From assembly GCA_037447605.1 (NCBI GenBank), contig CM074821.1:1-64000 (forward strand): 64,000 nucleotides of DNA. Reading direction: 5' to 3'. Origin of the DNA: Zygnema circumcarinatum SAG 698-1b. Taxonomy: Eukaryota; Plantae; Zygnematophyceae. The notes below the pieces were generated by a model. The model did no database searches, was not told where the DNA came from, and saw nothing but the letters and a program-made list of their open reading frames with translations. Numbering within the stretch: position 1 is the first letter of the stretch; every line of letters starts with the position of its first letter. Of this stretch, positions 24,665 through 36,100 are shown in pieces. The position numbers and the translations under genes were made by a program.

Positions 24665-27600
24665 TTACAAAGTCAAGTTAATGGCAAAGGAGCTCATGTT
24701 GATGTCCACGTCACTTGTATTCGGATCGCCATCAAACGCACTCCTCTCGAGAGTTCCGTCCCGGAGCTCGGATCTCTTCTGATCAAGTTGCAAAGGTTTT
24801 GAACATCGTCGAGACCCTCCCTGGTCCTCCGTGTTCCTCTGCTGCTCCCCTTCCTGCCCCAGTTCCGAGAAGCCGTGCCGATCCCCAGTGCAGCTCTCAC
24901 ACCTCCTCCGGGCACTCCTACATGCCTTGTGAAGCAGGGCACCGCATCCGGAACAATTCACTGCCGCTTCCGCCTGCACTCACGCAACACACCCTTAGCG
25001 ATGTTTGGCCCAACGGATAGCATTTTGAAGACAATTGGGGGGGGCTCATCCATCCACCTCTAACAACATCTTGAGAAAATAATGTCAAGAATCAGGGCAA
25101 TGGACGAGGACGCGATTCTAAACAACTGCCTTTCGACAAAGTGAATGGCTGGTCCACCTCAAACGGAAAAATTCGAGTGCCTCCTTCCCTATTCAAACAT
25201 TGAGCTCCGGCACCGCAAGGGATGCCAACCGCCCGGCAGGCAGCACAGCTGCGCTTGATGTGAGCCATGAGACGTGCAGCAACTCTCTCCAGGTAACCAG
25301 GCACAGCTGCTTCCACTCACACAAGCCACAGTTCCGCCAGTTGCATCAGCCTCTACACACCTCCTCGCCAAGTCCAACCTGCCCCTCTCCCCTTCACTTT
25401 CGTCGGAATTGCAAAGCAGTCGGTGCATCTTACCCCTTCACGCGAGACCAGGACAAGGTCGTTCATCAAATGAGCACATTAAGAACGGGCATCACCTCAC
25501 TATGGCACGGTTTCTAACCTGCAAAGGTGTCCAAAGAAAAGTCTGCCAGCTCCCGCATAGCGTAGAAGTCGTTGTCTGAGAGGAGGTAGCGGCGTGCCCC
25601 CAACTTCGTCTCCAGCCGGAGGCCAGCGCCACACTGCAAACTGCTTCGCAGCTTTGCCAGCTGTCGCCGCAGCGTTCGGACATGGTTGAGAACGGCGACA
25701 CGTGTGTACAGCAGAGGGTTCACTGCACTCACGCACAGCATGGGCTGGCAGAACGCAAACAAGGTGTTGGCAGAGAGAAAAACAATCAGCAAAGCTGGCA
25801 CATCAACCGCAGAGGTTAAGGAGAATTCAGAATAGAGGAATCTAATTCATGACGATATGGGCACACCAGGTCAATCAGGCTTTAGTCATTTGTGCGTGAC
25901 AACAAGGATGTCTCATTTTGAACGTAAATTGAATAACTGCGATACGCTTGGGTGCAAAATATTGTTGCTTGTAGACGGGTTCACTGATTCTGTGGATCTG
26001 ACTAGGTGAAGGACGATTCCTCCACTTGTCTTGAAAATAGGGTCAGACAATGGATTCAATGAACCCAGAAAGAAGACCGGGATCTATCATTTGATCTAAA
26101 GTTTTCACATACATGTTTTCACTTTTAAGACAAGCGTCACACACTTTGTGAACTCCATAGGGCACATTGAAGATTCACGCAACATGGAGCGAGGGGGCCC
26201 TCCGGGAAATGGGCGACGTAATGAAATGACTCAAATAAGAAATGGGACAAATTCTTGTGTCCAGCATATGTGCGCAAAAGGATGTAGATTTAAGTTGTAA
26301 ACTCACATGTCGCAAAAGCACAATTTTCCTGTTCAAGCTATGGCTATGGTGCAGCCGAGGTGCTGCATGACTATTTCTACACTCTTGCCTGTTCGGAACT
26401 GGGACTGCCCACTGCAGAAAAGTGGCACCCACCTGATCGTGGATTGAGTCCAAGTACGCCTTCGCTAGCTGGGAGACCTTCCTCGGCTTCTGCCACACGC
26501 GGACATTCACAGCGACGAAACCATCAGAGGACAGCGACCAGATCCTTGTCCAAGACAAGATCTCCATTGTTCATAAAGCACGCTGCCTGTGGCCTGAGCG
26601 AGCAACTGACGAAATCCCAGAAGTGCAGCACGCGTGCCGGGATGAGCGCGGCCTCCCCCGCGTGGCAGCCCCCGCAGAGGAGCTGCCCGCTGTACTCGCA
26701 CAGGCGGGGCCGCGCCGCGCCCCCCCCCATCACCCGCAGCCGGAGACCCCCCCCCGCCCCCTCCATAGCCAGAGGCCTGCACTCCCGCCCACCCCCGTGC
26801 CAGCGTCACAGAAGGAAGGCTCCATTACCCATGTGCCATTACCCATGTTGCCACTAGCCACGTGCCACTAGCCATGTGACATTAGCCATGTGCCATTAGC
26901 CACGTGCCATACTCCTTTCTCAATGCAGCAACCCTTCGCTGTACCTCCAAGCATGAGGACAACAAGATCGAGAAGCGTGATGCACCTGATGCTCTCACCT
27001 ATAGCAGCCTCCGCAGCGATAATGCTGCACATGTAGCTGCTGGATCACTGTTTTGGGTGGAGGAACGTGAAGAATCAACCGGATCGTTTTGCCCAATATG
27101 GATGCAGAACCACTGACCACCTGTCCAGATTCAGCAGTGTAATTGTAGCTTGAAGAAGCCACTGGTATGGACGGCCCATCCACCTCAATTGGCCCACCTT
27201 CAGACTCGGCCTGGGTGCAAGGCCCTTTCACGTTAAGGTTTGGGCTATGGCTGCCAGCGGCAGGTTGCCCGCCCGGGTGGAACCACGCCAGGTCCACCTC
27301 GCCCTGCTCGGCACCGCCCCCAAGAACGTCCAAAGGACGCCCTGTCCGCTTTGTCCGTCCCTTGGATGAAGGAAGGGGCAACATCCTGAAAGCACTCATC
27401 GACCCGAAGGAGCTTGTGTATCCGAATCCTTCCCAGGTTGGCGACAGAAACTCGGAAAGGACTCTATCAGACAGCATCGACGCTTGTCTTTCAAAAAGGG
27501 CTCTCAGGCAGCTCTGGAGTAACAAGCTTCTGCGTTCTATGACTTGAGGAGAATTGTTGCCAAACAAGCATCTGCTTTCCAAAATAAGCTTATTCCAGGG

Positions 27601-29528
27601 ATCCTGGTTGGAACCGCCTTCCTGTGCTCCTCCAATGCCCATTTCTTTCAGGATGTTACAGAAAACTATAAAATCTCGAAATCGTCGCTCTACTAGCCAT
27701 TCCTTAGTCGCATTCGTAACCTTAATTATGTACAGAGTATGCTCCTTCACTCCAACCACTCTATCGCCCAGGGACACCTGTCCTTTCACTTGCTTTGCTC
27801 CAATTACCTCCGTGTGCAATATCCGTTCCTCCCCCGACGGGCCTTCCCGTCGGGCAACCTCCCCCGACGGCCCGGCGAATTCATCCTCCTCTAGCAATTC
27901 AATTGTTGCTGACTCACGACTCTTGTTTTTGGAAACATTGTCTGCCCAAGCTCCCCAAATGCCTCTGAACAAAGAGGCATCTCCTCCTCCTGGGGGCTGT
28001 CGAGCACCGAACGACTCCGCGGCATGAAAATGGTGCGCACGAGCACCCGCAGATTCCCGACAGCTGAACTCTGCGTCTGGATGGAGGAGGACGTCCTCCA
28101 TGTCGGCCACCATGTCCATGTACGCTTCCTTCACCTCCATGCGCTCCACATACCTTACTACCTGGAGCAGATATAAAAACCCTCATGGTGGATCATGAAA
28201 TCATAAACACTTACGCATCAAAATTCAATCTCGACAAAGCCGGATTTCAACGAGCTATCTCGCAAGTAGGGCTAAGTAAGACCACTTCCTCCACCCTCCT
28301 CGTGAAATGACATGGTACCGTGTGCATGCTTCCCCTGTTGGGTGTCACTCGTTCCTAGCCAATAATAGAGGGTATTGTAAGCTTGGAGTGGACAAGACAA
28401 CAATAGGAATAAAATTTCAATTAACTTATAAAGGGACATAAGTGAGAGGTGGGAACACCGGCACTCTTCCAGCTACCAATTCTGCTAATGCATGTTGCAC
28501 AAGATGCCAATAAATAGATTGTTGATGGAGTGGGCCAAATGCGAGTCATGGTGTTTCGACGTTCATGGAGCCCAAGCTATGTTGACAGGAGTTAGACTCC
28601 GCTTTTGAGGACATGGATTACTCGTTAAACCGTTGCCATAGGGGATGCAGAAAAACTCAACGATGTTTGAAGTTCTAAGGAGACTCTACCGATTTCAGTC
28701 TTAACTAGCACCTAGGCTATTTGCGCAAGTGTCCTTCCCACCATAATGGCCAGTCCCGGCTCTCACCTCATCTGACCCCAATTCATTCAAAGTCGACGGT
28801 TCCACCAGTCCTCTTCGCTCCGGCAAGTCCTTCTCTACTGAACACGGGAATACGCTCTCATGGGACGTCATCCTCATGGCAACAGCATGTGTCCTCTCTG
28901 CTTCAGACGCGTCCAAAATTTCTGGCTGCTCAACCGTCCTGTTACGACTTCTCCTTTTCAGGCCCTCTCTGTTACTGAGACTGTCCGATGCATGATCAAG
29001 TAAATTCGCGCCTCCGTCCTCAATTCTCGGCCTGTCCGTAACACAACGCGCTGCTTCGTCCCTGGTCTCCGCGATCCTGGATACACTTTCGTTTTCAATC
29101 AAGGTCCTTCCTCGCAGAAATTGGGCACATTCTGATTCTCCCGGTTCTTGCAGCCGTCCCTTGCTCTCGCTCTGCATTGCAACGAACTCACTATGCCCTC
29201 GCCGTCGTGCAGCTCTCCTGCTGGCGGGTTTCCCTGAGGCATCACTGGAGCTCGCAGGCCCGGCCGAGTCGAGCCCCGCTTGTTGCAGCGGGGCGGGCCT
29301 GCCCGGCCGCCTGCGCGCATCCTTGAGGGCGGGCGCGGCGTAGAACGCGAGGTCCGCGGGCGGCCGCGCGGCGCCGCTCCTCCGCCGCGCCCTCGCCCTC
29401 GCCCTCGCCCTCGGCCCCGCGTGCTGCTCCGCGTCCCCGGGCGGCGGAAGCGGCAGCGGCAGGAGGGGCGTGTCGGAGTCGCTGGAGGAGGAGAGGAAGG
29501 AGGGCTCCCGTCTCGCGGCCATGGCCAT
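24665..29528 (-). CDS. Phox (PX) domain + Rubicon-homology (RH/DUF4206) zinc-binding domain protein
   Basis: PX: HTLYIIKV..EWLVERRFRDF..IERRSLLLQSCL (27500-27750). RH: QHYRCGGC, RPRLCEYSGQLLCGGCHAG..IPARVLHFWDF, KVSQLAKAYLDSIHDQ-PMLC, HIKRSCAAC, CSGCGALLHKAC..CESC. The start (MAMAARREPSF, 29528) and the stop are tentative. Confidence 0.75.
26821..26910 (+). repeat. Intronic 14-bp minisatellite, ~6 copies (consensus GCCATTAGCCATGT)
   Basis: Tandem degenerate units read directly from the sequence, inside an intron of the PX-RH gene. Confidence 0.85.
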
Positions 29529-30126
29529 GGACGGGCGGTCATGGCCGGCGGAGGAGGATGCGGGCGGCCCTCGCCGACCGTCCGTACGGCACTCAATACG
29601 CTCGCGGTACGATACGGTACGATATTTCGGCACACACTCGATACGCCGCCTGTGCATCCGGCGGGGGCATGAGGGGGCGCAGACGGAATAGCAAGTGCAC
29701 AGACGGGGCTGCTTTCGACCAGCACAGAGTTTCATAAGCGATCGCTTGATTAAAAAGATGTCTGTGCTGCTGCTACTCAGTAATGCAGTCTGCTGCATTT
29801 ATGGGCGCGCGACTCTGGATCAGCGCATAATTTAGGACATTTGGGCTGGAAGAATGGAGCATCCAAACTTCCTCGCCGCTTATCTTGCAGACCGACTTCC
29901 AGCGAAATAGCTCTGAGTTACATATCTACCCGACAGATGACTCACCCAAGTCAGACTCTGCCCTAGTCAATGAGCAACACTTGACCATGCTTCCACGCAT
30001 AGGGCGCCTCTAATACCTACTGCGATTATTATTTAAAATAAGGTTTGCTTTCTCTGGATAATTTGCTCACTACAATACCCAAAGTTTTAGGTGAGCTAAC
30101 CCAACAGCCCTCTCGGTCAGAGCTGA

Positions 30127-33100
30127 TCATGTCCGGCACCCCCCTGGGTATTTAGGCTTGCAGAGGTTGGTCCGGCCCGGATAGAGGCTTCTGTTTCTGC
30201 AGACAAAGCCACGATAGGCGCGGCCGTTCCAGTACTGCAGGAGCTTGTAGCTGCAGTGGTACATTCGCGCAGCCAGATTGGCACACGTGTCGCCCAGCCG
30301 CACCGTGTAGCAGCCGTATTTGCACGGGCATTTGCTGGCAGCCAGAAGAGCGCGCCGCCGTGCTGGCTCGGCCAATGGAATGGCGGGGACAAAGCTGAGT
30401 GTACAAACCTGCAGTCAAATGCACCAACCAAGCGGGCAAGGCTCAAGCACCACACATAAGGCTCATAAGGCATAAGGCGCTTGCTCTTGACAAGGTTATT
30501 CTTTGCTCACCTCGTCCCCTAAACGCAGATTATCGCAGTCGATCCCAGCGTTAAGGCGGAAAAAGCTCAGCTCGTCGAGCTGGTTGCGGGCGATAATGGC
30601 ATTGCATGTGTCCTGCTGGCGTACTCTATCGTAAGCGCTGCAGGGGTAACCCACCGCAGATTTATACCCGTATTCCACACATACCTGGAGGGAACATCCA
30701 CAAACGGATGGGCATCCGCATTAGAAAGACCCTGAGAGGAGCCACGACAGTGGATCTCCCGGACGGCAGTGCAAATGAATGGTCCGCGGTAGAGCAGTCA
30801 TTGCATTAGGGTGGCCAAGCTGCACCGCGAGCAGGCAAGAGTCGTGGACGGGCGGGAGTACCGTGGTTCGCGGGCTGCAAGTGCAGTTTGAGCCGTCCAA
30901 GCAGATGGTAGGGTTCAGCGCCGCAAAAGTCTCCCTACTGAGGCCGAAGAGCGCCCGGACGCCTTCGCACGACCGGGTCTGCACACGCCCTCCCCTCCTC
31001 CGTCAAAGTCAGAGGCTGACTCTGAGCCTGCTCGTTCAGACAGTGGGCCAGTGCAGTGCAGTGCAGTGCAGTGCAGTGCAGTGCAGCACCTGCGAGCCGA
31101 GCATGAAGGGCGTGGCGCAGCGGCTCTCCGCCGCGTCGGTGACGGGCCCCACTACCACCGCACTCCCGCTGACAGTGCTGCAGTCCACTCCCTGCCAGCA
31201 CGCACTCCACAAACGGAATTGAGGACGTATTCATGGGGAAGAATCAATGCAAAGTGCAGACGCGGAAGTGGGAGACTAGCTAGCTCTCAGTGAGGTGTCG
31301 AAACAAATGCGGTAATGGCTTGAAATTTCCACAGCCGGAAGTGTCATTGAAAATTAGAGTGACTGCTCCACTAGGTAAGTTTTTAGATCCTTTTCATGGT
31401 TTTTATACTCAGGACCAAGATGCTATACTAGCAACCCTTTGTTTTTTTTTTCAAACAGCATTGTTTAGTAGTTTTGGATGAATGTACAACGTGAACTGTG
31501 AGCACTCCACTCCTTGACTCTGCTGCTTCCATCTGCCATCAAGTCTGATCTCATACGCGTAAAAGCCGGAAGTGCAAATTGATAGAGGGACTGCAACAAA
31601 CCGCACATCATTCAGAAAAAAGAAGGTAAGAAAGCTAAGGCCGTTCTCAATGGCTGCTGTAACGCAGCTTCCTCCCTCCGGGACCACATAAATGTTGTCC
31701 ACCGAGTTGATTCCATACGCGGAGTCTGCAGGACCACCCACCCCAGACCCGCAGCCGTCACTGTGAAAACAGAGCACTAGTGTTAAACAACTGCAGCTGT
31801 AAGCCCCGCACAAGGGCGGCAGCGCCGGCAGCAGAGCTGCAAGGCCACTCGCTTGGTTTCAGAAATTCCCAAATTCAGTGAACGTTCTAGAAATTCATGC
31901 ATATACATATTTGGTTTTGAAGCGGATCCATGGAAACCTGCTCGTAACTGTGCAATTGCAGCCGGCTTCGGCATCTCGGTGTAGAGGCTTCTAGTTACAC
32001 GTCAACTTTTCGTGTAACTTTGTTAATGTAACAACTTTGTTCGTTAATTTTTTTTGCAATGACGGTAAAGTGTAGTACTACTACTCACTGGCGGTGCAGG
32101 TGACCGCCCCCCCGCTGTCCTCGGCCAGCAGCCACCCGGGCGGGCAGCTGCAGGAGTACCCCCCCGCGCCGTCGCTCGCGCAGCGGCCGAGGGAGCACGG
32201 GTTGGCCGACCCCCTCCCGCAGACGTCCTCTGCCTCCCCGCGGGCCAAAGCCAAAGGTCAGTCACCGCTCACTGGACGAACGGCTTCACAACTCGGACAC
32301 GTCATGAATATGTCACAGCATGACAAGCATCAAGGGGGAGGTGGTTAATAAGTGACCATTGCAGCATCCAGTCTAGGAAACAGATGGGTGAAAGTCACAT
32401 TCATAAACGCAAAGGAAACACCATCAGCTATTTGAAAGATACGCGTTTGAGGATCCGCTGGAGAAATTATGTACAAGAGAAAGAGGCTATAGGCGGCCAT
32501 TTGATAGGGCCACCCGAGCATAGATTGACGATTTCACGTATGGTCAACGGTGATCTTCGGGGGCCGACTTATTAGAGGTGCCGCTTCCGGCCAGCGGGCC
32601 ACTCGCCCCAATGCAGTCAGCGGCGGGTCTGCAATGCATGCATGAGCAAACCCGGCCATCCTTCCAGCTGGCCGGATGAGAGGCGTCTGCTTCAGAGGGG
32701 AAGTGGGGAGCATAGCCAAAAGGGCTGGGCTTGTTTATACTTGCGGATGCCGTCCTGTTTGTTTCAACTTCTCTGCAAATGGTTGCCTTAAAGCCGCACA
32801 ATAGTTCGCTGGTAGCTCCTGCACAGCTTTGGGTTTTCCCCAACAGAAAGTGGCGCTCGCTGCTTACCAAAAACGCATGTAGGCAGCCCTGACAGGTCGA
32901 CGACGCTAACGAAGCCTGTTGGGCAGGAGCAGGTAAACGGAAAGCCGCCAGAAGACGCTGCGGTCGAAGGCACACAGCTTCCCCCTCCACACAAAAATGG
33001 CGCCCCGCTTGGGCAGCCGTTGCCGAGAGGTGGTGGTGGAGGCAGACGCGGAGGAGGTCGGTGTGGTGGCAAGGGAGGCGGCCGCGACGGAGGAAGCGGA

Positions 33101-36100
33101 GCTGGGGAAGGCGGGGGGGCGGGAGGAGGCGAGGACGGAGGGGGCGGCGAGGGAGAAGGTGGGGGTGGCGGAGAAGGGTGTGGCGGTGGAGGTGAAGACG
33201 GAGGGGGCAGAAGGGGGGGAGAGGGGGGGGGTGGAAGAGGTGGGGGCGATGGAGGAGGTGGGGGCGATTGAGGAGGTGGGGGCGATGGAGGAGGTGGGGG
33301 GGAGTGGGGCGGGAGTGGAGATGCTGATTCCACAATAGTCAAGACAAAAAAAAAAAACCACATCAACGTTAGATTTGAGCCCATGAATCTTTTGAGGTAC
33401 AGGTTGTTGGTGGTAGTTCGCTGGCTTGTCATAAATCTCAAACACAAACTGCTGGCGAGAGTGTGCGGCAACTGCTGAAGAACGTGAGCAAACAACCCTG
33501 CGGGTGGCGAACGTCTTCAGAAGGATCAACGCAATCCAACCTCTTGGTTTTAAGGGCACCCGTAGCTTACACATGTGAATGCTGTCACATAGACGTTCCA
33601 TATTATTTCAAAAAGACGACAGCAAAGACATGAAAGAGACGAACGTAGAGAATGCATGAAGAAGGTGCCAACGAGCAGAAAATTGACGGGAGAAACGGTT
33701 GGGGCCGGGACATGCATACCAAGAAAAACTCCGAAAACCTTCACTTCACAGAGAGTGAGGACAGCGTCATTCCCCGGAAGGTAGACCCACACGAAGCGTC
33801 CGACGAGGGAGGAGCACTTCTTAACGAAGGGGAAGCCGGAGGAGGTGTTGGAGTATGTGAACACGTTGGCGGGGTCGCACTCGTTGTTCCCCCGCGCGGC
33901 CCACGAGGCGTTGCTCGGCCCGAGCCACAGCGCGGCCCCGTTCAGCCGCTCCTGGCAGCACTCCGTACGGCCGTACAGCTCCACCCTCTGCACGCGCGCC
34001 GGCGAGCCGAGGTCGACCTTCCACCAAACGGGGGAGCTGCCCACGCCGAACTCCGTGTGCGTGCACGTGCCTGACCTGCGCGGGTCGTCGACAACTCACG
34101 GAATTCACACACGGAGTTTGGCACAAAGGGATGGCTCCTTCTAGTTTTTCACGTTCAGCTTGTACTTTATGTCGATGAAGTATACTTGTCTTAAGGTGGG
34201 ATGTCGTACTGACTAACACTTTTGCTTGTTTTGTCCCGTTCGGTGCAAGATATGCTTTCACTGCAGCCGGAGCCTTTGCCACATTCCTATTCCTGAAATT
34301 CATTGACGGCGTGCGCAAAAAAATAACAAGAATAGAAAGAAATAGCATCTAACGCAAAGCTTGGGGCAGCTTGAAAAAACCCTAAAATTTCTCTGAAAGT
34401 GTATATGCTCAAGTGTGGCTTATGTCACGGGACGGTGATGTACCAGAAGTTTCCGTCGGCCGTGTTCCCATCCACCGCGTAATACGCCGCGCATCCGCTC
34501 GCGTAGTTGCTGCAGTTCATGGTGGTGCTCTCGAACGAGGGGCGGCCCACCGCCAGGTTCTCTGCGGACCCCCATAACCGCCGGGCCAGCTTGAGAGGGG
34601 CGTGGTCGGTCGATTCATAGCCAGAAGAAGCGCATGAAGTCAGCAAATTCTCACCTAAAGCGACAGGAGGAGGCGGAGCAGGGCTTGGGGTGGCAGGAGT
34701 GGCAGACTCCGCCAAAAGTCGACGCCTTCGGCTGAGGTTAGCCGGGGCTGAAACTGCAGTAAAAGGCATAAAAAGGGACCATTTAAACAACCAGACACGA
34801 AACTGTTCGGGCTCACCAGAGAGAGTCAGAGAACTGCTAGCGAGTCTCTGGAAGAAAGCTGAACACTGGTCGATTTGATTATAAAACGTCTGAACGCGAG
34901 CAAAAAGACTTTATTCTGCGTGAGTTCCCAACACACTAAAAGCGAAGTTCTATGCGAATGAAGCAATGTCAATTACCAATCGACGGGAGTGGACCCCTCT
35001 CTGCATGAAGGGGAAGGCATGCATGTGCAGGAGGGAGGGAGGGAGGGAGGGAGGGAGGGAGGGAGGGAGGGAGGGAGGGAGGGAGGACTGACGCAGCGGG
35101 TAGGCGACCGGGTAGACGGGCGGGACGAGGAGCATGTTGCAGGTCCCGGGCCCCCTCTCGGCGGTGCGGCGGATGCGGAGGAGGCCGGCGGCGGGGCCCC
35201 ACGGCGCGCGCGCGAGCCAGAAGCCCTCCCCGAAGCCGACGAGGAGCAGCGCGAGGTCCACCGTGTCGCGCGTGCAGTTGCGCCCCTCGTACACCGCGCC
35301 CTGCGCCATGCTCAACCAGCGGCGACCGGAAGGCAAAGAATCGGTTGAGTTGCGAGATTGGCACAGCACCGTCACAAGCTCGCTACTGCTTCAATTTCAT
35401 GTCCAAACTTGTTGAATCAGGTTGAAAAAAAAGGAATTGTCCTAAAACATCACATGTCATACAATTAGGTAGTACTGTGAAAGGGTGCATTGTCCTACTT
35501 TGTATTCGTTTCGGACTAGAAAAAAACGCTATGGAATTTGATAAGAGCGAAAGTAAGTTCGTATTTCGCTAGTACTATTTTTTTTTCCGGAAAGCATTGA
35601 CCTCACAATGGCGACGCCATCGTCTGTGCATAGAAAATCGCTGCACTGCGCGAAGGAAGTACAAAAGTAGTCCCGCACAGCATCGAGGACCGGCGCGTTG
35701 GCCGAACCACTTTGCGACACGTGGACGAGCGGCCCCGCAACGGGAGTGTCCCCCTCCGGCCCGCGCCCTTTTGTTTGCAGCTCGGGGAGCGGCAGCCAGC
35801 TCGCAGAAATTGTCACGAACGCATCGACATGCGAATCAGGGTGTGCTAAATTCGTTTCTCTCTCACTCTTGCCACCTCGCTGTGACTGAGAGAGAAAGAG
35901 GCTGCCAAATGAAAGGGAGAGCGAGAGAAATGGATGCTTCTCTCTCCCTGTGTCTCTCACTCTCACTTCCACTCCCGCTCTCTTGCTCTTTTCCCTCACC
36001 TCGTCCTCTCATGGCTCCCTTCTCCCTCCGTCTCATGGGAGTGAGTGCAGTGTGTGAGAGAAAGATTGCGAGAGAGGGCGAAGGCTACCAAGAGAGAGGG

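Noticed and set aside
31993-32019. 9-bp inverted repeat AGTTACACG..CGTGTAACT near the unresolved splice junction
   Set aside because: Too short to distinguish from chance.
32544-33601. Alternative-frame ORFs (His/Leu-rich, Gly-rich, Glu/Val/Gly-rich)
   Set aside because: Shadows of the Ser/Pro-rich exon 32868-33323.
30127-35300. Treating the papain, lectin, EGF and LysM fragments as separate genes or pseudogenes
   Set aside because: Exon phases chain without stops, and no independent start or signal peptide is found between them.
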